From Takakia lepidozioides (Eukaryota > Plantae > Bryophyta): 64,000 nucleotides of DNA. The notes beneath the pieces are model-generated. The model was not told where the DNA came from and ran no database searches. It worked only from the letters and a program-made list of their open reading frames with translations. Made by a program: the position numbers and the translations under genes. This document shows positions 23,301-34,662 of the stretch, in pieces (within the stretch, counting starts at the first letter, position 1; every line of letters starts with the position of its first letter). The DNA lies in NCBI GenBank assembly GCA_030704615.1, contig CM060734.1, positions 36,642,001 through 36,706,000 on the forward strand. Direction: 5' to 3'.

Positions 23301-25449
23301 CTCTTTCTCCATGTCGCCTGTTGTGCAACATACTGCATCCTGAGGGTGACAAAGCAGAGCCTATGGACCACAAAAGTTTCCATGAGATTTCTGAACTTAA
23401 ATATATTGAATGCCGACAGACTGAGACCAAAGCAGTGACGAAACCGCAGGTAGCACTACACAGCGACACAACAAGAAAGAAAGGAATGGAACTTCATGAG
23501 AAAGACCTTGGTTTGCTCTTCACAGAGAATAATGTAGCACTGCCAGAAGCAGCCCACCAGGTGGGATTTCTGGAGGCAATGGACGCAAAGCTCTTTCAGC
23601 ATATCCACACACCCTATGGTATAGACGTAAAGCATGCGATAAGCATGCTGAATCTCAACTTGCGAAAGACCGAGGCTGAGCAGCTGAATGCGGCTGAGCC
23701 CATACTCTTGCAACCCTTTATCTTGTGTGTCCACCTCTCTGAATCATTAAGAGCAAATTATGTGTGCTGAACTGTTGACACATGATTAGTTTCTTAATGT
23801 CAATGTCAGATGGCTATGCTTTCATGATGTCCATGTACAGCTTACATATCTTGAGATCTTTCAATGGAAATGAAAGATGCACTTTCCTCGCCAGAAAGTG
23901 TCACAACAAGGAAGCTATGTGCGATCTTGATCCTGTAGAGTCAATATTCGATATCCATCTGATCAAGTGCAGGTGCATGACTGGCTCTTTGAGTGCATAA
24001 ATTTTAGTTTCATCTTGTATAAATTATCAGAAGACAAATCCACAAATCTCTGGTATATGCAGATACAAGGTCATATGGTCAAACCCATTGTAGCAAATAA
24101 GCCTCAGGAAAACAGTATCAAAAGATAACTGTGGATGATACATATGCAAAAAACTGATGATACAGAAAGGAGGAACTATACGTCAACTTGCCGTCCAAGA
24201 AATCAAATGGCAGTCCTGCATACTTGAGCATAGTGTCCAACCATTCCTCCAGAAGGGCACCTTCATGTTCCATTCGCCTGCGGACAGCTGCCTCAGAGGC
24301 TGGGGCTCCCATCTCAAACTTCTTAGAAGAGTTTCTAAAGCCTGATACCACACAGTGCTAAGACTTAACGTCAAGGCAGAAATTTGATGAACCTCAGTTG
24401 GCAATCAAAACGTCAATCGATTAAATTTACTTGAGACAAAAACTATGGGCATTGAGAGGCCCACCAACTTAAAATTGGCTTGAAGGTCCTTTCCTCTGAC
24501 TGATTTGTTGTTGGAAAGATTTACAAATGTTTTTGGAAGACTTCCTTTTTGTTTAGGTGTTAGTCATTACCGATACTGACAGCATACCCATACCTACCCT
24601 TAGCAGTTCAACATCACAACCAACATGATTACTTCCAATATCTAGCCCTAGAAATTTGAAGCATATTCATGCAGACTAGAGATAAAGAGACAGATTTTCT
24701 TAATCACAAATGTGCATTGGGGCTGTGCAAGCAATGCCATGAATATGCTGACAACCGGTCCTCCAATTATGTTGATTGTAACCTTGCAAGAGCTGATTTG
24801 CTCTGTGCTTTGAAGGGCTCAGAGTCAAACCTTGAAGTTATGAATGGGTAGGTGTTCGTGTAAGAAAGTGTCGATGACGTGACAAGCTCCTAACCCTTAC
24901 TGTGCATGGGTGGTCTCTTAGAAGTCTGGGATGTTAAAAACCTCTCTCTCCTAGACCTTGCAACCCCTTCTTTTACTTCGTCTTGTGTTATACTTGATAT
25001 ATGAAGTAAATAATTGTAACCATATTCTCGTCATCAAGAATAGTTGCCAACCCCCACCAGCATGTCATTGGGCAAAGTTGCTCCTCTTTGTGATGTCCTA
25101 CAATATGTAGACTTCTATTCTTTCAAAGATGTAAGCATATAAAGTTAGGTGCGATCACAAACCTTGGAATCAGCAAGCATAAGCTTGCCTAGCAAAGCCA
25201 ACCTGACTGAAGCCAAAGTCATGTGATAATCGTAAGCCTACCTGGCAAGCGCAAATCCATCTCAATGTGTTCTCGGATATAACAGGTGAGAGAATCGAGA
25301 TCCTTCAATCGCATAGGCCCCGATACGCGTGCTCTTGTACTAAGGGCCGTTGTGGAGCACAGCACCCTCTGTTTCATTACTGCTTCCCAAGTCATTATGG
25401 ATTTGACTCTAGTGGTCTCATCACCTTTCAGTCTAGGACTTTGATCCAT
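11363..25449 (-). CDS. Large multi-exon coiled-coil protein of unknown function (possibly cilium/flagellum associated)
   Basis: Successive minus-strand exons with GT-AG borders at ~25449-25242, ~24345-24190, ~23734-23507, ~22905-22720, ~21999-21895, ~19006-18835, ~16157-15985, ~15064-14833, 14373-13918, 13816-13751, ~12900-12170, ~11660-11524 and a putative stop at 11363-11365. Most are E/K/L/Q-rich heptad sequence. Ends and exon borders are approximate. Confidence 0.75.
17087..17590 (-). mobile_element. Cluster of short 5'-truncated RTE-X-like LINE 3' ends (two subfamilies)
   Basis: 17087-~17345 aligns with 19632-~19890. A second 3' end starts at 17362 (tgtactcataagac...gccgtagcc). ~17418-17590 belongs to a diverged subfamily that also occurs at 55120-56330. 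Confidence 0.8.
19631..21753 (-). mobile_element. 5'-truncated non-LTR retrotransposon (RTE-X-like LINE), intronic, with 14-bp TSD
   Basis: RT motifs GPDGI, NYHGITRL, QAGFR, FLDVKKAYDTV, GVAQGCTLSPLLF, FADD, YTYLG. C-terminal CPLC...HFLIHC zinc finger follows a frameshift at ~20220. TCAGGGAAGATAGA is duplicated at 19617-19630 and 21754-21767. Confidence 0.92.
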
Positions 25450-28400
25450 CTTCGACAACCTAAACACGCAGCGTTTGTGTGTCACCCGCACTCTACCTGC
25501 GTGTATCTCTAAGCAAATATTATAAACATAGTGGGATCGTCTGAAGCTTCTGGCCCAACCTAACACACTACATTCTCATTCTCAACAATTTGATGACTGC
25601 CGCTCCTGTGCAAGGCATTTAGGAGAGTTTGTCCTCCTTCAATTAAGATGAAGATCTCACGAGCATAACAAGCCGGTGCCCCACGCCAAAACGAAGTTCG
25701 TGAACAGAAGTTTCAATAATAACTCAATTCCAGGGTGTCACACCTGACAATACTTGACAAAATACTCCCACGTCTTAGTACCTCTCGGCACTAGGTGCCA
25801 AAGGGAAGATGTCAGTCCTATCGTGTCGGCACGGAATGTCTGCTCATGTCTCCATCCATCCAAAAGCCCAACCCCACGCGCTTGTTGGGAGTCGGGACCA
25901 CCTCGGTTGTTGGAAAAGTCACCGCACTACCTTATCATTCTGGCAGGTCCCTCCAGGGACAAATAAAGAAAGAGACGAAATTTTAGGGTTTACTGAAATC
26001 TCCACTACTCAGCATAGGCGGCAGGCCTGGCGAGACAGAGCGGAGACTTGAAAAGGCCTTTCCAAAGCTCGAGAACCGAGGCACAGCTGGACATCTGTTG
26101 ACCTGCAACCCCTCACAAGCGACGATCTTCGCAATCTATCCTTGCTTCATTATTCTCGTAGGTAAGTAAGTACCTCCTTCACTGCCTCTATCATTCATGC
26201 TCAACCATCTCTCCTCCATCATCAATGAATGGTCCATGTGCTTCTATTGTTTCTGCCTCGCTCAGCATCGCTCATCAAAGAACCCGCAGCATCGAGGAAG
26301 AACGAGCATCCACGTCCTCGCTCGTCTCTGCCACAACTGGGCCGCACGCGTGGGGCCATAGCTGCCTGTGGTTTAGCGCTGCCCTAATGATACTTAGGGT
26401 TCATTAGCGGCTAACTGAGGTGATTAATAAGCAGATTAGTTAGCTGGTTTGGTACTGTACTTTAGCCATTGACGAGTTCAGTTTAGCCACGGGAAATCTT
26501 TTGTCTTTCTTGCGAAATGGGGTTTAGCCATGTTGTAGCCGGAGCAGTCTTAATATTTGAATTGTGGTAACACTAAACACGAAGCGTGTACTTACTTAAG
26601 AGAAGTCAGCACTCAGTACCTCGGTTCCTCAATCGTCCCATCGATCTGCAGGCCAGCAGGCATCATAAAGGCCAGGAATCTTGAAGGAGTGCTCAATAAA
26701 TTCATACCTCATGCACGACCCAGGCCATGATTACGCTTGTGGAGAGAAGGATCATCAATGATCCCTCTCCCTCCAGGCTGGGAGATGGAGAAAATGATGG
26801 AAGACTCCATTACCTCTGTAGTATCCGGCAGCCATAGCCAACTAGTGCTGCATAAGCTCGTACCATCTCTTTTCCTCTTTTGGGCTCTGCTGTGATTCTT
26901 CCACCGGGGAAGACATTATTGCAAGAACCCAAACAGAGAGAGAGACGAATGAGGTGAGATGGCCTCATGATCTCGCAGGTGTGGTGATAGGCGTGTACGT
27001 CTACAGGTCTGTCTCTGTAGTATCCTGGCACATGGTGTGTTAGTCCACGTTATATTTGAATCACCGGTTTTGGGGACTCCAGTTTCTCTGGAATTTGGAA
27101 CTTCACGCGCAGTGGCAGCTCCCAGTTATGGTAGGCGTGATTGCCTGTTGGGACCCACCAGTGTTGAGAGAGAGTCTTCGTACAGAGACTCAGGAGACAA
27201 GTTGCCTGGACTTCCGCAAAGATGTTTCCTGCGATTTTGGTGAAGGGGCTGGAGACCGTCGATGGACACCTGTGAGGAGATTCCGTTCATGTTCTTAATT
27301 TCTGGTTGGACCTTCGTTTCTGATCTTCTCTACTGAAGTGGTAATACCGTTCCTGTGCATATAGATTTTCCCGTCTGTGCATCCGTGGAGCTCAAGGACA
27401 AGGGATTGCGGTTCTTTGTTACTCCTCCTGCGGAAATCGGTTTCCAATGTCTTAACGCATAATCGTCCTGAAGCTGGGTACGCGTTTTCCAACCATCATT
27501 GGAGGTGAGGGATGTCGAGAGCGATAGAGTTTAAAATTTAAATTGGAAACAGCACACCCCGTGCCCAATTCGGACCAAGAGGCATAGTTTTCCTTTGCCT
27601 TCGGTCAGCGAGGTATGTTTTACGTACCGAGTTCTTGTCTGAAATCCATCTCAAACGAATAACTCGTTCTTTTCATTTCTTGGTACTTTCAAAGATGAAG
27701 TACGTAGGGAGATCAGTGAGGTGGGGAGAAGAAGAATAATGCACATCTTGATTTCGAGTCAGGATTGGCATTTATGAAACGTGTGATCATTGCAATTGGT
27801 TCTATGAACGATGTCTCAGCGTAAGAGTAGTTATATGAATGGAATAACGAACAGTCAGTGCCCGAGTGGAACTCAGCTGACCTCGGCACCTCAGTGGTTC
27901 TTCTCCGAAAGGGTTGCTTACTACTGTAAGGCAATGTGCACAAACTTGTGGCTACAATATGTATCGGAAGATGAAAATGAACCATGTAATACGCGTCCTG
28001 CATGGGACCAGCAGTAAACACTTAACTTCGCAATTTATGGACGAACATTTCTGTTGAAGTGTGGCGTTGCCAGAAGAATTGCCCATGTGGTGCAATCACG
28101 CAAAAATATCTGCTCATATATATACTTTGTCGTCAAAGAACGAAAGAGATATGTGCAAGAACAACAGGGAGTTTGTATATGAATTTCAAACGTCCTTGTT
28201 CTTCTTATAAATTACTATTAAGTGTTGGCTAGGACCCGTGAGCTATTGCTGTCCTAGTTGGGTGACAAGGTGGGTATGGACGTGCCATAGCTTTCCCACA
28301 GCTTAACAATATTCAATATACTGACTGAACTTTGGGATACAACTGTCCTTCCTTACCTTCTAGAGGTTATCTTACCAGGCAATTTGTCTGAGCATAATGC

Positions 28401-29001
28401 AAAATAACTGGGTCTAATTTCTGGGTTATGATTGTGTGGAGCTTTTGAGAGGGACCAGGATTGAAGAGAAGTGTCCTCAGTGACCTTTGATGTCTGTCCA
28501 ACGATGTTCTCCGTACCTTCAGTTGCTCTCTGGGACAGTCCTGGTTGAGGCCTCAAAATGGGGCTTAAGGAGACATTAGTATAACATAGTTATCTCACAA
28601 GGGTACACCATAACCAATGTTCTGTTCATGGAATGATGAATGTGTACATCTCTCTCCCCCACTCTGAGGGTCTCCCATTATTTCATGCTGATCAATTATC
28701 CTACTAATATGTGAGTTGCTCAGAAAGGTCTCCCTACCCCTTCGTCTCTTAATTGTACCATATGAAAGCAATCTCTTCAGTGAAAGATCCTCAGGCCACG
28801 ATAAGACACAAGGCGGGCCCAAATTGAAATTCAGACTTTTTTATTCTGGTCTTATCTCTTAATGAGCCGATGAATCTGGTGGATTTTGGTGCATCAGATT
28901 GACTGTGCTTTGTGGATTGTTGCAGAGTCAATCAGTCCTCATGGGGCCTGGCATGATTTAATGCAATTGGATCCCAGCAAACCACAGAATTCGCAGCTGG
29001 T

Positions 29002-30822
29002 ATGATGTCTATTTTCCAAAGAAGACATCCTGTGGCAAGCTGCAAGAACTTCCGTGGGATTGCCACTTTTCTCCTTTATCTTCCTCTCTTCACACTCCTA
29101 GGGTCCACAGTCTGTGAAGGAACATTGGCAAGTCCGACGATATTAGAGAGGACATACGCTAATGGAAAATATAGATTGCCCCATGACTTTGATTTCAGTA
29201 GTGGATATGAGGACAGGCAGCGATTTTTTGAGGTTTCTAAACCAGTCGAAATCTCTCCGGAAAGCTTCGAAGCCTGCTCACAGGTGATTCTACAACAAAC
29301 ATTTGCCAACACTATCAACCTTCCTCCGGTTGTCACACAGTATCAGCCAGTTAAAAATTGCCGCACGGACTGGGACAAGGTGGTGCTGAGGTGGCATGCA
29401 ACATGTCGGGGTCGTCAGTTTGATCGGATTGCCGCAGTTTGGTTGGGTGGGGTCGAGATTTTTCGCACATGTACAGCAGAGCCAACTGCAAAAGGTATCG
29501 TATGGGATGTTGAGAAGGATATTACCCGGTACTCCTCTCTCTTGAAAGAGACACAGTCGCTTGTTGTTTCTTTGGCAAATGTGGTAGATAATACATACAC
29601 TGGCATTTACAATGTTACTATTTCAACCCATTTTTACAGTGAGAAAAAGAAAGATCTGGTGCAAGAAAGCTATGGCCCTGTTGCCGACCTGATCCTACCA
29701 ATTGCCAAGCCCTCCCCTCTCCAGGGGGGCTTCTGGTTTCAGCTTCAGAATGAATCTGATATCCAAACTGTAACCTTGAAACTACCCAGGAATGCTTACA
29801 AAGCAATTCTGGAAGTCTGTGTCTCATATCATGGGGACGACGAATTTTGGTATACTAATCCTCCAGAGGTATACCTTAAGACCAATAATTTGACAGGTAT
29901 TCCTGGGAATGGAACATTCAGGGAGGTAATAGTGTTCATCGATGGAATGGTCGCTGGTGCAGTTTTCCCCTTCCCAGTTGTCTATACAGGGGGGATTGAC
30001 CCATTCTTCTGGCGCCCAGCCGCTGCGATAGGGGCATTCAACCTGCCCAGCTATGATGTGGATGTGACCCCCTTTCTTGGGACGTTGGTTGATGGGAAAG
30101 AGCATAATTTCAGTATGACTGTGTCGAATGCTCTCAGTGTCTGGCTCTTGGTGGCAAATTTGCACTTGTGGGTTGATAGATCCCTGGATTCTACCAAAGG
30201 GGAGCTCTTTGAATATTCGGCCCCCATGCTCAGTTCCACCCTCGTCTCTGATTTCAAAGGTCTCGATGGGTCTTTCCTCACAGAGGCGTCACGCAGCATA
30301 GCATATAAGGGCTATGTCGAGTCATCCATTGGCAATCTGACCACTTCCTCTTCCTACTCTCTCAAGTTTTCGAATTTGTTGGTGTTTACGGATGAATCAA
30401 ACACTAGCGTGCTTCACCAGGACATCAAATCCGAGAGCAAAGTGGTGGTGAGTGCCCCTTCAAGGGATATTGCTTACGACCACAGCTCTTACCATTTTCC
30501 TCTTCAATTGGACTATTATCAGATCATCCAACCGGGGGGCGCCACCTACATTAATGCCAGCTTGGCGAATACATGGCAGCAGGATATTCAATCCCAGACA
30601 ACCCTAGGTCCAGGGAGGAACTCTTTCAACACTCTCAAGAATAAGCAGAAGTCGGAGGGCGAGCTTTCTATCTCCCCCAAGGGTGTGATCAGTGGGGAGG
30701 CCACAACCAAACAAACCTACTCATATGAAAGTACGGAAGGGTGCTACTTCCGATCTCTAGGGGTCCGCAACTACACCTTTCTATATGATCAGTCTGATAC
30801 ACGATGCAGCATGAGTTCATAA
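29002..30822 (+). CDS. Peptide-N4-(N-acetyl-beta-glucosaminyl)asparagine amidase A (PNGase A family), intronless CDS
   Basis: 606-aa ORF with a hydrophobic signal-like N-terminus and family motifs GRQFDRIAAVWLGGVEIFRTCTAEP, DDEFWYTNPP, GNGTFREV, PFPVVYTGG, WRP..AIGAFNLPSYDVDVTPFL. Confidence 0.93.
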   Translation: MMSIFQRRHPVASCKNFRGIATFLLYLPLFTLLGSTVCEGTLASPTILERTYANGKYRLPHDFDFSSGYEDRQRFFEVSKPVEISPESFEACSQVILQQTFANTINLPPVVTQYQPVKNCRTDWDKVVLRWHATCRGRQFDRIAAVWLGGVEIFRTCTAEPTAKGIVWDVEKDITRYSSLLKETQSLVVSLANVVDNTYTGIYNVTISTHFYSEKKKDLVQESYGPVADLILPIAKPSPLQGGFWFQLQNESDIQTVTLKLPRNAYKAILEVCVSYHGDDEFWYTNPPEVYLKTNNLTGIPGNGTFREVIVFIDGMVAGAVFPFPVVYTGGIDPFFWRPAAAIGAFNLPSYDVDVTPFLGTLVDGKEHNFSMTVSNALSVWLLVANLHLWVDRSLDSTKGELFEYSAPMLSSTLVSDFKGLDGSFLTEASRSIAYKGYVESSIGNLTTSSSYSLKFSNLLVFTDESNTSVLHQDIKSESKVVVSAPSRDIAYDHSSYHFPLQLDYYQIIQPGGATYINASLANTWQQDIQSQTTLGPGRNSFNTLKNKQKSEGELSISPKGVISGEATTKQTYSYESTEGCYFRSLGVRNYTFLYDQSDTRCSMSS

Positions 30823-33462
30823 TGCACTGAACTGAGGCTATGGGCTTAACAAAGTATTGACTCTTCTAACCTAGCAGGTGATTGATCTGTTCTCCCTTCT
30901 GCATTGGGCTTGTCCACCAATCTTTCAAATTCTGTGTTACATACATGTTTTCCATGTGTCTCTCTTCTGTACATGAAATATACTCAAAATCCAGACTCTC
31001 AGGTTTGAAATGCAAATAGAATCCAGCCGGGGAAATTGGAGCCTATCTTGCCCATGAATGGGGGGGCATCATGGTGAGGATTCTCGTCTGCCATCTTTGC
31101 ATGTATCAGAAGCAATTTCGCTGCAGTTCTTCTTGCTCAGTTCGAAGTTTGTGATCATTCTCCTCTGTCAAACAACGTTGGTGTGCGACCCAATATTCTG
31201 GCCTGACTCTAACCTCTCCTCTGAAGCTCATGTGTTTGGACTCTTATAAAAAGCTATGGGAAGCAAGGTACCGATCTATCTGCCTCATAGATTTTCATAG
31301 TTCTCTTCAGGGTGTTGTGTAAGCAGGGGCTCTTCTCTCTTGTATATGGGCTAACCAAGGGATCGAATTCAATGTAAGATTACATGACGATCAATTACAA
31401 GTTGTGAAGGAGTTTGCAGAGGATGTCATGATTCTTTTAAGTTGCAGGAAATAAGTATCAGGTGATCAAATTCTATGAATCTTCCGCAGGCATAGTGAAA
31501 CATGGAACTGTCGGTAAGGTGTTGGTTGCCAGAGAGAACAAGGACACAATGACAACTCAGTTCCTGTGGACATTCTGTTTGATGCATAATCAAGAAATAC
31601 ATACTGGTTGTATGAACTACTTACCAGTATCCCCTGCAACTGCAGTGTCTGTAAGCTTCCAGGGTTACCAATCTCTTCAATCTAAACACTTCAAACAAGG
31701 GATCACTAATAATAATTCCGTCAATAGAAATGCCTACGTGACCAGCTCTTCTGGGCATTGGCAACTGACTTGCCACATTCCATGATCTTTTCATTCTTTG
31801 AAAGTATGATGAACGGATCTCCAGCCATATATCTAGAGACTCGAGAGAGATGATTCCACGTTAACCAGAACGAAACACACATCGTTCCCTACATAAAAAG
31901 GGCGCCCAGACTCGCAGCATATCATTCTCCACAAATGAACGAGGGATTTTTGCGGGAAGTACAGTCCAGGTCCGTATCCAAGCTTTGACTTAACCCTTAA
32001 GAAGCATAGCGTACTTCAGGGAATTCCGCAATGAATCAAGACACGACGTTGCTAGCAAACTTCAGCTAGATGGCAATGCTCCAACACTAACAATCTTGAC
32101 ATCCCGATCTTCCTTCCTCCATCATAATGGATCAAGTAAGCTTATACCTCGCACTAGATCACCCACTTCTCGCCGCGAAACTGACCCCAGTGGCTTTCAC
32201 TCCAGAGTGGGTTCTACCAATGCTCTTAGATCGAATTTACTTCCCTGCGCAGACCACGACTTGTGCACAAAGATGGGCTTCGGGATTCTGTCAACTCTCT
32301 CTCCTCCTGAATCTTGCCAAGATAATCTGCACAAAGGATTGTATTACACTTGATCGGATGGGGGGGTGGGCGTCAAGCGAATGAATTAAAAATGTCCACG
32401 TGGATGGAGAAAGAGAGGTCCTTCCGGATTACCCATTGAAAAATCTCCACGTGGACAAATTGGTTGCGTCTACCTCTTGCCAAACCGCACCTTGTCATCT
32501 CTCTCGCAGTGTGCGTGCAGATCGAGGTCAGGATCCATTGTATTGTTGACGGAAGCTGAGATAGAGTTCATGGAGACAAGAGGACATTGAAGGATGCAGT
32601 GTGCAGGTGTCTTGCACGAGGAAAGAGCGTCTGGTAAAGGCAATTGATGGGTGCATAGAACAAGGGTTGGCTGTTTGTCTGATATTGACGGCATCTCCAT
32701 TCTGTAGGAAGGGGGATCTTGGATTGTTTTGGGCACAGAGACATAGACTGACAGACTTACGGACAGTCACAGGCCCATCCTCAGACACAAACATGTGTTT
32801 TGTTTATACAAACATGCGTAGGGTTCTGCGATGATCTTTAGTCTTCCAGACTGAAGTGGTCAAGATAGCTGTGCGCAAGGAATTGGTGAAATATTATGCA
32901 TCAAAATTTAGCAGAATTTTGCGGGATGTGTCCATCGATGCAAGATTAGAACATAGTCTAGATAGTTGCACCTGGAGAAACTCCCGGTTGAAGATCTAGT
33001 ATTATAGGTGGTGATAAGGGCTACGCTTTGTGTTCACGGACAGATGCACAGAGCGGGTGTTGATTACATGAATGCTTGCCCACCTTTGTAACAATCTTCT
33101 ACCAGCCGCAGACTTGGAGGTATGGACGTCAATTAACACATTGCTCATACACAGATATATGAGTTGAAAGAGGAGGCGAACATTTCTGGAGAGAGACAGA
33201 AAAGAGATGGAGATATGCCTAGGTCTTACAACACATGCCTCAGCCTGGTGACTGTGGACCCGTCAGACCTAAGTCTTCGACCTGGTGAAGGAACAAACTC
33301 AGCGTGGAATTGGTATAACTCGCTCACAACTATCAATGTCCGTCTCTAAGAATGAGCTTTAATTTACGTGGTGTCGAACAGTTGTGGGACTGGTCAGTGA
33401 GCACTAAAGTGATAGACGGACGCCAAGAACAGGGCAAGGAAGGGAGAGGTATCTAGAGGAGG

Positions 33463-34662
33463 ATGGTACGCTTTGCAATGCAGACGTTCCCGGCACCCTC
33501 ACTGCATCCACCTGCGAAAAGAGCTCGGATCGAGTCCTTGCTGGAGATCCCATCTTCTGCCCCTTTATCTACTCTTCATGAGGAACGTCAAATTGCAGCC
33601 ACCTTGGACCCCGACACACTTGACTGCCATGTTTGCTTTGAACCTCTTGCGTCCCCCATCTTCCAGGTACACAACAACACCTTGCGTCCAGTCTCCTTTC
33701 CTCATCCCTTTTCGACCTCCGTCTCTTTGTGTATCTTTCCAAGGTAACATTTGATCATCAAGAGATTATACGTTCCTAAACTGTCTACTTTGCATGACTC
33801 CTAGGCCATTTGTTCCGATTTACATTCCAGATTCAAATTTCCTTATCAGGTGTGAAGGCATTTTTAGTCTTTATGCAGGTGTCTCCCTCCCCGAATAGGA
33901 TTGTCAATGCGCTTTGCCTACGTACTTTTAAATGCATAGTGGCCAGAACTTTACTGAACCATTCTTCTGCTGTGTTGGCTGGTGCAGTGTTCAAATGGCC
34001 ATACTGCCTGCTCAAGCTGTTGCCAGAAACTGAAAAGCGTGTGCGCCTCTTGCTCAAAACCAATTGGAAAGATCCGGTGCCTGGCAATTGAAAAGCTGAT
34101 AGAGTCCCTGCACATGCACTGCAGGTATGCTGAATATGGTTGTGTGAAAATGCTGAAGTTTTCCAAGAAGAAGGCGCACGAGACATCATGCCCATATGCT
34201 CCTTTCAAATGTCCCATTGCTGGGTGCCATTTCTCTGGTGCTGGCAATGCTTTTCCTGACCATTTTAATAGTTCACATCAAACACGCACAGTCGATTTTC
34301 AATATGACTCGTTGTTCACAGTTGTCTTGAACCCAAGTGACTACCATGTCGTGCTAAAGGCAGAGGACATGGTATTCCTTCTCCACTATGAAAAGGAGGC
34401 TATTGGAAACATGATCTACGTCACATTCTTTGGGCAGACATCCAGAGAGGAGTTCTTCTCTTATCACCTTAGTGTGAAAAGTGGCAAAACAATGACAAAC
34501 CTGGACACCGTGCCTCGGAGCATCCTACAGGAGGATAAAAGGGGAACCAGTTACATCGTTGTTCCCAAGCTATTTAATACCAACTCTGAGGGTCCAGTCC
34601 AGATTCAACTGTCATTCCACCACCCGGGGGAAGCAATATCTGGCTTGCAGATCAATCCATGA
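33463..34662 (+). CDS. SINA/SIAH-like RING E3 ubiquitin ligase (intact copy; exons 33463-33666, 33988-34662)
   Basis: LDCHVCFEPLASPIFQ|CSNGHTACSSCCQKLKSVCASC RING across a GT-AG phase-0 intron, then RCLAIEKLIESL and the SIAH zinc fingers CRYAEYGC...HETSCPYAPFKCP...HF...H. Confidence 0.92.

Noticed and set aside
26700-26850. PLPPGWE...DGRLHY, a WW-domain-like fragment
   Set aside because: It needs frameshifts, has nearby stops, and no second Trp or exon structure is visible; too weak to call.
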